From contig CAXRGQ010000006.1 in NCBI GenBank assembly GCA_964230215.1, positions 174,106-238,105 on the forward strand: a stretch of 64,000 nucleotides of DNA. The letters are read 5' to 3'. Shown piece by piece: positions 29,637 through 37,584 of the stretch (position 1 is the stretch's first letter; every line of letters starts with the position of its first letter). The notes beneath the pieces are model-generated. The model was not told the DNA's origin. It was given only the letters and a program-made list of their open reading frames with translations, and did no database searches. Position numbers and translations under genes: made by a program. The DNA comes from Flavobacteriales bacterium. Its GTDB lineage: Bacteria; Bacteroidota; Bacteroidia; Flavobacteriales_D; JAUILH01.

Positions 29637-29685
29637 ATCAACAAGCAAAAAAGAACTAATAGCATGATTTACAAATACATATGTA

Positions 29686-29872
29686 TTTACAAACGACTGT
29701 AAACGTCATTTAAATACTTATCTACCGACTAGTACTTTTCAACTCCCCCATCTTTGCACCGTCGATTGAAACAAAGCCGGCTTGTGACAAAAGACACCGT
29801 GCCTAATGTGCAGATAACTAATAACGAAAACATACATACACATTAGGAAATGTTAAACCTTAATTTTTTAAA
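29686..29872 (+). promoter_or_regulatory. conserved ssb leader/promoter region, copy 1
   Basis: Near-identical in both copies. It has a CATCTTTG box (TAnnTTTG-like), the palindrome AAGCCGGCTT (29773-29782), and a 9-bp hairpin CCTAATGTG (29802-29810) / CACATTAGG (29839-29847). Confidence 0.45.
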
Positions 29873-30205
29873 ATGAACAACTTAAGAAACAAAGTACAGT
29901 TAATCGGGAATGCGGGAATGGAACCTGAAATTAAAGATGTAAACGGAAGTAAATTGGCTAAACTATCCATTGCTACCAACGAAACATACACCAACAAATC
30001 AGGTGAACGTGTTACAGACACACAATGGCACAACATTGTTGCCTGGGGAAAGACAGCCGAGTTAATTGAACGTTTCGTTACAAAAGGTAAAGAAATAGCG
30101 ATTGAAGGCAAACTAAACACTCGCTCATACGAAGATCAAGATGGTAATAAACGTTATGTGACGGAGATTATCATGAATGATTTCTTGCTGTTGGGTGCTA
30201 AGTAA
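29873..30205 (+). CDS. ssb: single-stranded DNA-binding protein, short form (110 aa, no acidic C-terminal tip)
   Basis: OB-fold SSB pattern: NKVQLIGNAG..PE...LAKLSIATNE...GERVTDTQWHNIVAWGKTAELIERFVTKGKEIAIEGKLNTRSYEDQDG.KRYVTEI. Confidence 0.85.
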   Translation: MNNLRNKVQLIGNAGMEPEIKDVNGSKLAKLSIATNETYTNKSGERVTDTQWHNIVAWGKTAELIERFVTKGKEIAIEGKLNTRSYEDQDGNKRYVTEIIMNDFLLLGAK

Positions 30206-30238
30206 ATGGAGTAGCCCATATTTTCTCTCATAAACTTA

Positions 30239-30273
30239 AGTCCTGTTCTGAAATTTTCGAAGCAGGACTTTTA
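30239..30273 (+). terminator. rho-independent terminator of ssb copy 1
   Basis: AGTCCTGTTCTG...AGCAGGACT followed by TTTT. The stem is homologous to the copy-2 terminator. Confidence 0.7.
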
Positions 30274-30280
30274 TTGCATA

Positions 30281-30853
30281 TTAAAAGTCTTTTAAAACTA
30301 AGCCTTTGCCAGTGTAATCAACTAATAATTGCTTACCCTTCAATCCCATCCTCTCTAATTCTTCATCTTCTGGCGCAAAATGATGATTTATATTTAGGTA
30401 GATTTCGTTCAGTCCATCTGCATCAAAATCATGAACTACAAAAGCCGGTAAGTATTCTCCTATTTCATTTGAATGCTGTATTTCCTCTGGATAAGGGAAG
30501 TCCGTATAAATAATTGGGAACTCAATACGCTGAGCAACTGTGGACAAGCCGACTTCAAGGTGATAGTATGCATGAGCGCCACCATTACTGATAAAACATA
30601 TTGTGTCTTTTATACCATCCTCATCAAGATCCCACAAATCTGTATATTCATAATGCAAAAGGTCCACTGCCAAAGTCGAATCGTACACATAATGTGCGTA
30701 TTGTGAATTTGGGAGGTCTACAAACTGACTATCTTCAATTGAGTGTGCCTTTACAGTTGACGAATCTATACTTTCATTGCTTGCATGAACTTCTGGTTTT
30801 TTCTCAGAATTACACGCGATTGCAATGACTAGTATAGGGATATATTTCTTCAT
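30281..30853 (-). CDS. lipoprotein, hypothetical (D-x-D-x-DG calcium-binding-like motifs)
   Basis: Lipobox VIAIAC. Contains DLDEDGIKD and DFDADGLNE. Confidence 0.5.
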   Translation of the reverse strand: MKKYIPILVIAIACNSEKKPEVHASNESIDSSTVKAHSIEDSQFVDLPNSQYAHYVYDSTLAVDLLHYEYTDLWDLDEDGIKDTICFISNGGAHAYYHLEVGLSTVAQRIEFPIIYTDFPYPEEIQHSNEIGEYLPAFVVHDFDADGLNEIYLNINHHFAPEDEELERMGLKGKQLLVDYTGKGLVLKDF

Positions 30854-30915
30854 ACTAATGACTTTACAAATATATCATCTCATCAAATAAATATTGATAA
30901 GGTCGGCCTAGAAAC

Positions 30916-31332
30916 TCAATTTAGCCGTCTAAAGCCAATTGTCTGATTGGTTGTTTTAAGTAAGAAGTGGTCATGATCAACAAAGTTTATTTGACCAAAA
31001 ATAAACGTGTCTTTTTTAGCGCTTGACACCGAGAAAGTAGTCAAAGTGCTATCACGTATCATCCATTCGTAATAGTGTGAACTATCAATTTCAATAGGTA
31101 CTAAGTAGTTCTGCTCAAATATACCGTCCTTATGAAAGCTGAATACATAGCCATCCATTTCTGAATAATCAATTGATAAAAATGTAAATCCTTCTTTAGG
31201 GATGCCCTCAAAATTATTCTCAACAGAAACTAGATTCCAGCTACCCACAATATCGTTTGTTACGTTTTTCGTATCCTCCAGTGATGAACAGGCAGCCATC
31301 AAAATAATTGCTATGTAAATAAAGCTTTTCAT
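30916..31332 (-). CDS. lipoprotein, hypothetical (lipocalin-like size)
   Basis: I prefer the start at MKSFIYIAIILMAAC (lipobox). This removes the overlap with hipA. Confidence 0.5.
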   Translation of the reverse strand: MKSFIYIAIILMAACSSLEDTKNVTNDIVGSWNLVSVENNFEGIPKEGFTFLSIDYSEMDGYVFSFHKDGIFEQNYLVPIEIDSSHYYEWMIRDSTLTTFSVSSAKKDTFIFGQINFVDHDHFLLKTTNQTIGFRRLN

Positions 31333-31339
31333 ATCTGGA

Positions 31340-32653
31340 TTATTTAAATCTAGGAGCAATTAAGGTGTTTAAAATCAAATCCCTTAGTTCTTGTGACACA
31401 TTTGTCTTCGTGGCGTACTCTCTCCAGTTACACACCACTGATTTAATCTCTTCAATTATCTTTTCGCCCTTTTTTATGCTGTTATCTGAGGCAATTTTAA
31501 TTAAGTCTGAAGTATTAATGTCCTTGTGTTTCCCACAAATACTTAGCGTATGCTGACTTACCCAAACGTTTTTTGGATCGTACGAATAGCAGACATCATA
31601 GGCTGGCGCCAACTCCCATTTTCCATGTTGTTTCAACATGAATGAAAAGTTCTTGGTGTGGTCGTCATAATTAGTCGCCATCACATTAAACACCATTCTT
31701 CTGAACATCTGCTCGGCCTCTGGATAGGTCATTCTTAACATCCGCATAGTCTGAAATAGCTGCTCATAACTGTAGCCGTATAGGTTGTTGTAGTCGAAAT
31801 GTTGAATGCCGCAGAATGTCTGAATATGATGCTTATCATTATTCCCCTCCCTATCAAAACGTTTGGTCATAAAATGTGCCCTATCATTCTCCTCTAACAA
31901 TTTACTTTCCATCATTTCAATGCCACAGTCTCTAGCCATCAAGTAATAGGCATACTCTACTCTTCCGTAACCAGAACTAACACCGAATTGCGTATCACTT
32001 ACACCATCAAGTTTAATTAACCAGTGTTCGAATCCTTTGGGGACATTGCTCTGACCAGACCTTACTTCACCCGTTTTTTGATTATAAGCGATTACAGCTT
32101 TTGGCCTAGCACCGCCTGCAGAAGTACCAATAGTGAGTATCTCACGCATTGCCTTTTGCTCATCTTTATGCAGGTTGGTTTCGAACTTCTCTCTGTTCGA
32201 CAACATTTTGTGTGCTATGTCTACTAAGCTTTTAATTTCGATAGCAAACGTTCTTTCTTTAGGTTTTATCTGTGCAGGCTCAAATTCCAAAGCACCCATT
32301 CCCCTTGAGCCAATGAAACAAAGTTGTTCGACAGGGTTCATACTATTCGGTGCGCGACCTTCTTGTGCTAACCAGATATTTATCAATTGATTTCCATATT
32401 TATCTGGCAGTGCATCTGCCAATAAACCCGGAAGCCCTTTGAAAGTGGATGTCTCTTCCCCTTTCTGTTTTCTCAATTCCGGAAAACTGTATATGCGGTC
32501 TCCATTACTTATAGGCATTTTTAATGGAGATAGGTCAATGTCCTTTGCAAGAAACTTTTTATCAAATTGAAAACTGGCTAGCTGACGATTTTCGTCCCAG
32601 CGAGCGGCACCTACGAGTTGTCCCCAAATTTTTATTTCTACTACATCTACCAT
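31340..32653 (-). CDS. hipA: HipA-family serine/threonine kinase toxin (type II TA)
   Basis: 437 aa. N-terminal HipA-coupling region and a C-terminal kinase core with GGARPK and DDHTKNFSF. Confidence 0.85.
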   Translation of the reverse strand: MVDVVEIKIWGQLVGAARWDENRQLASFQFDKKFLAKDIDLSPLKMPISNGDRIYSFPELRKQKGEETSTFKGLPGLLADALPDKYGNQLINIWLAQEGRAPNSMNPVEQLCFIGSRGMGALEFEPAQIKPKERTFAIEIKSLVDIAHKMLSNREKFETNLHKDEQKAMREILTIGTSAGGARPKAVIAYNQKTGEVRSGQSNVPKGFEHWLIKLDGVSDTQFGVSSGYGRVEYAYYLMARDCGIEMMESKLLEENDRAHFMTKRFDREGNNDKHHIQTFCGIQHFDYNNLYGYSYEQLFQTMRMLRMTYPEAEQMFRRMVFNVMATNYDDHTKNFSFMLKQHGKWELAPAYDVCYSYDPKNVWVSQHTLSICGKHKDINTSDLIKIASDNSIKKGEKIIEEIKSVVCNWREYATKTNVSQELRDLILNTLIAPRFK

Positions 32654-32994
32654 TCGGATGCCTCATTAGATGAATCGCCTTTGCTGCTAGCTCTACTTCT
32701 TTTGTTTTTCTGAAGTTTGGCATATTCAATTGGACTTATTTCATCATTAACTTTAAAAGCGTCCATTATAAACAGTAGGTCTAACACTCTTAACACTTGA
32801 ATCAGACTCATCAAGTTCACCTTTTCACCACGCTCTAAAAGACTCAGTGTAGAACGGCTAATATTTGCAGCTTCAGCCACTTCATTTTGAGATTTGTTCT
32901 GATTTAAGCGGTGATGTTGGACAAATTTCCCTATGGTTTCAACGAGCGATTTATCACTCATCGAATACCAATCAATGTATGAATTATCATTCAT
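32647..32994 (-). CDS. XRE-family HTH antitoxin (HipB-like)
   Basis: Overlaps hipA by 8 nt. HTH segment KSQNEVAEAANISRSTLSLLERGE. Confidence 0.75.
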   Translation of the reverse strand: MNDNSYIDWYSMSDKSLVETIGKFVQHHRLNQNKSQNEVAEAANISRSTLSLLERGEKVNLMSLIQVLRVLDLLFIMDAFKVNDEISPIEYAKLQKNKRSRASSKGDSSNEASEW

Positions 32995-33013
32995 ATTACG
33001 CTTTTTATATTAT

Positions 33014-33023
33014 TAACGCGTTA
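33014..33023. promoter_or_regulatory. candidate operator palindrome upstream of the hipB-like gene
   Basis: Perfect 10-bp palindrome TAACGCGTTA, 20 nt upstream of the start codon. Confidence 0.3.
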
Positions 33024-33170
33024 TATATCATTCAAATATACACATAAGATTTCAGACACACAACACTTGATGAATGATTTATCACTCACTAACTTCAAAT
33101 TAAAAGCCTAGTGAATTGTTTTTCATTCAAAACAAAGACACATATATCTTGTTTGAACAAAAATATACAA

Positions 33171-33542
33171 CTACCTATGCTGATCAATCAGAATAGCATT
33201 GCCATCAGGGTCTTTAAGCACTATGCTCGCTGGTCCGTTAGTGCTTTCGTCTGCTCTGCTGTCCAGTACTATTCCTTGTGACTCAAGGTGCTTTTGAATA
33301 TCTCTTACATCCTCAAACGGGTCTACGTTTTGTGCACTCTGGTCCCAGCCTGGGTTAAAAGTGAGAATATTGCCTTCAAACATGCCTTGGAAAAGACCTA
33401 TAACGGTTTCTCCGTTTTTCATTATCAGGTAGTTTTGTTCCATGTTGCCTGCAAACATTTCGAATCCCAATTTCTCATAGAATTCCTTTGATGTTTGTAA
33501 GTCTTTTACGCTTAGACTGATTGAGTGTGCTCCCAGTTTCAT
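33171..33542 (-). CDS. VOC (glyoxalase/bleomycin-resistance) family protein
   Basis: 123 aa. [20 protein letters not shown] and DPDGNAILI are typical of the VOC fold. Confidence 0.75.
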   Translation of the reverse strand: MKLGAHSISLSVKDLQTSKEFYEKLGFEMFAGNMEQNYLIMKNGETVIGLFQGMFEGNILTFNPGWDQSAQNVDPFEDVRDIQKHLESQGIVLDSRADESTNGPASIVLKDPDGNAILIDQHR

Positions 33543-33606
33543 GTTTTGTTAGTTTGATTTGATTGCTTTTTTAATATTAATCTTGCTTAATGATATTTGA
33601 CAAATT

Positions 33607-34260
33607 CTAATCCCGCACAAAAAATGTCTTAGAGATAATTTCTTGATAACTGTTATTCCTTTTACCATTTAAACGAAAAACGATAATATCATTATCACCT
33701 GGTAATACCAGATAACATGATTTAACTCTGTCAAGGCCAATGCATCCTTCACATGTTAGTGTTACCTCAGTGAATTCAGGATCATAAGCAGTAAAGATTT
33801 TATTTTCTTCGCTTCTAATGAGGGTGTCGCTTTCAGATTCGTTATAAATTCTATTAAGCGATGAATCAGGTGCAGCATTATAAATAAAATATCTGGTAGA
33901 GACTAACTGTCTATGTCCTGTATTTAGCGTGAATTGTAATTGATATGGTTTTTTGATTTCGGTCTTATCTGAAAGTAATTTAAACGGAAGTTCTATTTGT
34001 CCCAATTCCTCACTTGGAATTAAGTGTGTGCCTATACCATACACTGTCCCATATATCCCAACAAGATTTGCGTTAATCGTATACTGGGCAGTACTATCAA
34101 AATCTGCTGAGTCAATAGCATATTCAAATCCAACCTTAAATTTATCAGGTAATACTTCATCATTATTAACGGGCTGAGAAATTACCTCTAAGTATCCCTG
34201 TGCTTCACATGGTATCGCTAAAGCAAATAAGATGGAGCTGGTTATTATAAATCGAAACAT
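33607..34260 (-). CDS. secreted hypothetical protein, 217 aa
   Basis: Signal peptide (LFALAIPCEAQ). Confidence 0.5.
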   Translation of the reverse strand: MFRFIITSSILFALAIPCEAQGYLEVISQPVNNDEVLPDKFKVGFEYAIDSADFDSTAQYTINANLVGIYGTVYGIGTHLIPSEELGQIELPFKLLSDKTEIKKPYQLQFTLNTGHRQLVSTRYFIYNAAPDSSLNRIYNESESDTLIRSEENKIFTAYDPEFTEVTLTCEGCIGLDRVKSCYLVLPGDNDIIVFRLNGKRNNSYQEIISKTFFVRD

Positions 34261-34463
34261 TCAATTTTTATTTAATTTATTGGACTACAAAATACATTAT
34301 TCTAACGTCTATTTCCACTCTTATTAGACGCCATCTTCTTCTGTATTGTATCATTAGCGGTATACTGCCAATGCTCTTTCAATTTAAGTAATAATTCTCT
34401 GGCGTCATAATAATCACAGTAAGCGGCTAAGGGAAACTTTTTACAGGAAATTATATTCTGTGC

Positions 34464-35003
34464 TTAGAAACTTTGTGGCGCTTGAAGCTGTGACCTTATT
34501 ATTTGAACAAACTTATCATATTTCTCTGGTCCCAGTAGTTGCTTTGATATAATATCGAACAATTCATTATTTGCCAGATACAAGTATACATCATCACCAT
34601 TAATTGAATATGATCTTATGGCTGTCCATTTGGTTTCCGAATTATGATTTTCAGACACGTATTTAATTGTATTTGAGTCAAAGTAAAATGTATAAGCCAT
34701 ATCCATGGATTTATTTCGCTGGTCTAATTCTTTTAAAGATCTGTCCCTTACTAATTGAAAGCGAATGAGAAATACTAACAGATACAATACTGAAATGCCA
34801 ATACTAACACAACCTATTATCCATAGTATGCGAATCTTTAGAGCTAATCCTGATGCAATCAAAGCACAACACACTAAAGCCCCAAGCCAAACGGGCAACT
34901 TCTTTAATTCACGTTGCTGTTCATACTTGAAATACTTCTCAAATATCTGCCTAGTTCTTTCTTTATCATATATTATCCTTACTTCCTCCAAGTCTAAAAT
35001 CAT
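34464..35003 (-). CDS. YcxB-like membrane protein
   Basis: Two central TM helices followed by a C-terminal beta-rich domain. Confidence 0.45.
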   Translation of the reverse strand: MILDLEEVRIIYDKERTRQIFEKYFKYEQQRELKKLPVWLGALVCCALIASGLALKIRILWIIGCVSIGISVLYLLVFLIRFQLVRDRSLKELDQRNKSMDMAYTFYFDSNTIKYVSENHNSETKWTAIRSYSINGDDVYLYLANNELFDIISKQLLGPEKYDKFVQIIRSQLQAPQSF

Positions 35004-35085
35004 TTAAGTAAAGTGGTGCACATACAGGTATTTTATACGTTTTATGTTTAATAATTTAATATTTAGCACGTATCATATTCCTAAA

Positions 35086-35640
35086 CTATTGAATCAATCT
35101 TAAATCAGAAATATTAAGACTTAATACTACCAAACCTATTTTATTGAATTCTATTTGGGTCTCAGTAGATATTTTGGTGATTACCTTATTTAGGTTTTGT
35201 AAAATCTCTTCAGATTGCATTTTACTCAAAACCTCCCGTGACCTTCCGATAGAAATATCTTCAACAAGGTGAGTTATATCTGCACGTGAACAGCCAAGCA
35301 ACCTTTCCACAGCATTCATGGTATATTTGGGATCAGTCGAAATGGCTGCTTTAATTGTTGTTGCCATCCTAACACGTTTGTTATCTTCTGTGATATACAT
35401 AGCTGAGTTGATATCCACATGATATGGGGTTAAATCTAGAAAATCATATTCTTGAATGATAGGCCAAACAAAAGCTCTCCCCCCGTGAACAAGCTTATAT
35501 AACTCTCCTGTTTCAATCTTCCCGTATATAACCATTATTTTATCTGGAGGACACTTAATTAACCGTTTGAATAATACAACTATCCATAGAACTAGCATTA
35601 ATCCAAATGCCCCAAGAAAGATAAGAAGTGAGTCGTCCAT
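35086..35640 (-). CDS. SPFH/band-7 (flotillin N-terminal-like) domain membrane protein, short form
   Basis: N-terminal TM helix, then IKCPPDKIMVIYGK...GGRAFVWPIIQEYDFLDLTP. Only ~184 aa, lacking the flotillin coiled-coil. Confidence 0.55.
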   Translation of the reverse strand: MDDSLLIFLGAFGLMLVLWIVVLFKRLIKCPPDKIMVIYGKIETGELYKLVHGGRAFVWPIIQEYDFLDLTPYHVDINSAMYITEDNKRVRMATTIKAAISTDPKYTMNAVERLLGCSRADITHLVEDISIGRSREVLSKMQSEEILQNLNKVITKISTETQIEFNKIGLVVLSLNISDLRLIQ

Positions 35641-35691
35641 TGTTATTGTTTTAGGTAAGAGAGTTTGGTTTTCGTGATGTAAATCTTATCC

Positions 35692-36225
35692 TTAACGCCT
35701 TTTCCTTTTAGAAATCTTTTTAGGTTTATATTCAACTATTTCAAATCCGAGTTTATCACTAAGCTCCTTGATTTTACTTTTGGCGGCAGATAATGAATCA
35801 GCTTGTTGTATTACAAACTTGCTTAAATGATTGTCATTAAGTAAAACGATTGTAAACACCTGGTCACTAAACTGGCTTGGCAATGCTCCTCTCATGTTCA
35901 TGTTATAAGCAACATTGGTACTGGTTATTGCCAAATACTTGTATGGGTTTAAGTCTCTCCATTTACCCCATTTTAACCCAAGTGATGAAGAGAATTTGCG
36001 CAATTTCTTTTTCTCTAAGTCAATTTCAACGCCTTCATATGAGCTCAGAATAAATGCACCCGCTATAAAAGCTACAATACCTGCGATTGGTCTTGCAGAA
36101 GGACTAACCGCTATTTCTACTTTATCAGGTGTGGAGATTAATACAATACCAAATATTATAAGCAAAACAGCAACTACAATGAACATCACTGGGAAAGTCA
36201 AGCCGAAATTTTCTTTTATTCTCAT
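35692..36225 (-). CDS. membrane protein, hypothetical
   Basis: I prefer the start at MRIKENFG. Two TM helices, a soluble domain and a basic tail. Confidence 0.45.
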   Translation of the reverse strand: MRIKENFGLTFPVMFIVVAVLLIIFGIVLISTPDKVEIAVSPSARPIAGIVAFIAGAFILSSYEGVEIDLEKKKLRKFSSSLGLKWGKWRDLNPYKYLAITSTNVAYNMNMRGALPSQFSDQVFTIVLLNDNHLSKFVIQQADSLSAAKSKIKELSDKLGFEIVEYKPKKISKRKRR

Positions 36226-36281
36226 AATGATTTTCAAACAAGCCAAGTGGCATTGATTAAGAATGAATTATATCCGTTTTT

Positions 36282-36566
36282 TTAGTTACCACAGTTTTCT
36301 TGAGCTTTCAGGTATTCTTTCTCCGCCAGATCTTCAAGTTCTTGAATCTCATTTTCCTTCATCCCAGATTCTTTCGCATCTTCAATCACTTCTAGAATTC
36401 TATTCTCAGCTTCTACCATGCCCTGCTCATCCCTTTCGCACCAAGCTTGACCTTTATCCATTGCATATTCCTTAATTAGCTCTTTCGGTTTCTTGGAGTT
36501 ACATGAGGATATGACAATTCCTCCTGTAACAATTAATGCTTGTATTAATCTTAAACTGAATATCAT
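36282..36566 (-). CDS. small acidic lipoprotein
   Basis: I moved the start to MIFSLRLIQALIVTGGIVISSC (lipobox), 9 nt from site D. The track's N-terminal extension reads into the repeat. Confidence 0.5.
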   Translation of the reverse strand: MIFSLRLIQALIVTGGIVISSCNSKKPKELIKEYAMDKGQAWCERDEQGMVEAENRILEVIEDAKESGMKENEIQELEDLAEKEYLKAQENCGN

Positions 36567-36575
36567 ATTAAACAA

Positions 36576-36708
36576 TACTAACGGGGCAGGATATAGCGGA
36601 TGCCCCACAGGTTTAGTTTATCTAATATACGGATTATTATTTCGGGTAATTATTGTCTGTTTGGAGACCTAAGGGCACATGCAGTTTAATCATTGCTGCA
36701 TGTTAGTC
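36576..36708 (-). repeat. attC-like site D (133 bp, same family as B and C)
   Basis: TACTAAC-GGGGCAGGATATAGCGGATGCCCC. The central GTTTAGTTTATCTAATATAC...GTTTGGAGAC is shared with B. The site ends ...GGGCACATGCAGTTTAATCATTGCTGCAT-GTTAGTC. The hepT stop codon TAA sits inside the GACTAAC box. Confidence 0.65.
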
Positions 36709-37044
36709 ATCTAGAAACTTCTTTACTTCAGGTAATAACTTAGGCAGGTCTTTGGTTACAATGGCCCAAATTATTGCATCCGAAATTGTGTCATAACCAT
36801 GTATTATTCTATTTCTTGTATCCACAATTTTTCGTGCGTTTTCAATTGGGAAATCACTTTGGAGTTTTAGAATTCGATTTACTGCTTCTCCTATAATTTC
36901 AAGACTTCTCTCAATTGCTCGCTTAGTCTTTAAATCATTCTGGAATTCAAAATAATTCCTTTTTTCTGGCAGGAATGAGTTAATCTCTAGTATGGCGTCA
37001 TGAATATCAATTAACCAAACTTTAATTTCTTTCTCCATACACAA
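36703..37044 (-). CDS. hepT: HepT (DUF86) ribonuclease toxin
   Basis: R-x4-H-x-Y motif (RNRIIHGY). 113 aa. Overlaps mntA. Confidence 0.8.
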   Translation of the reverse strand: MCMEKEIKVWLIDIHDAILEINSFLPEKRNYFEFQNDLKTKRAIERSLEIIGEAVNRILKLQSDFPIENARKIVDTRNRIIHGYDTISDAIIWAIVTKDLPKLLPEVKKFLDD

Positions 37045-37330
37045 GAACTTTTGATTTATCTATTTCAGATTTTAAAAGCTGATTTCTGATAGCTCCATCC
37101 TCTAATAGATCAATCTTTCTATTAAGAAGTTTTTCCAGTTGGAATTTCAGATTAAAGTATTTTTCCGAATAAGAAATGGGATCACTATCCTCAATGGATA
37201 CAATAAGATCAATGTCGCTTTCGTCATTAAATCTATCAGTTGTTACTGAACCAAAAGCGAATAATGTAGACACCCTATTACTAGAGCATAACTCCTTAAT
37301 TTGGGCAATATATTTATCCAAATATGCCAT
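37022..37330 (-). CDS. mntA: MntA nucleotidyltransferase antitoxin
   Basis: GSVTTDRFNDESDIDLIV (GS...DxD). I moved the start to MAYLDKYIAQ. The track's extension to 37447 reads through site E. Confidence 0.75.
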   Translation of the reverse strand: MAYLDKYIAQIKELCSSNRVSTLFAFGSVTTDRFNDESDIDLIVSIEDSDPISYSEKYFNLKFQLEKLLNRKIDLLEDGAIRNQLLKSEIDKSKVLVYGERN

Positions 37331-37388
37331 CCTCATCCAAAGATACGAATAGTAAGGTAAAGTAGTTTCAGTCCTATTGGTTAATGTG

Positions 37389-37455
37389 ATGCAACGGTCC
37401 GTGTATGTTGTCGTAGCATCCCAAAGGGTGCTATGCAATATACACATTGTTGTGT
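37389..37455 (-). repeat. attC-like site E (67-bp short hairpin type)
   Basis: ATGCAAC-GGTCC-GTGTAT-GT-TG-TCG-TAGCA [loop TCCCAAAGGG] TGCTA-TG-CA-AT-ATACAC-ATT-GTTGTGT. It is an imperfect palindrome with bulges and AAC/GTT ends. Confidence 0.6.
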
Positions 37456-37584
37456 TTTCGTGCTTTATTTAATTCTTTTTCAGCGGTGGTAAAGCCATAC
37501 TCTTTTACAATTTTTGGTTATAGCGTTGGCTGGTGCGAATTGCAAATGTGTATGGTTTTAAGCGTTGGGTTGATTTCTGAGTGT

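Larger units (their letters stand above)
29581..30273. repeat. direct repeat copy 1 (attI-like site, leader, ssb and terminator)
   Basis: Aligns with 41596-42322. The core 29686-30205 versus 41701-42221 shows roughly 20 differences by hand count. Confidence 0.9.

Noticed and set aside
29579-29665. N-terminal extensions of ORFs 29090..29665, 37022..37447 and 36282..36608, and the small ORF 41435..41632.
   Set aside because: Each extension reads across a hairpin site or half-site. Internal ATGs give sensible N-termini (a lipobox, or alignment to family starts) just inside the boxes.
29860-30120. ORF 29860..30120 (-), 86 aa.
   Set aside because: It is antisense to the well-supported ssb gene.
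33548-33560. GTTAGTTTGATTT as the missing partner of site D's left box (10/13 complementarity).
   Set aside because: A full site would have to lie inside the intact VOC-family gene. This is probably chance similarity in AT-rich DNA.
37516-37569. Direct repeats GGTTATAGCGTTGG / GGTTTTAAGCGTTGGG upstream of the C-boxes.
   Set aside because: They are direct rather than inverted, so they are not a hairpin site. They could be promoter-associated, but I cannot support a function.
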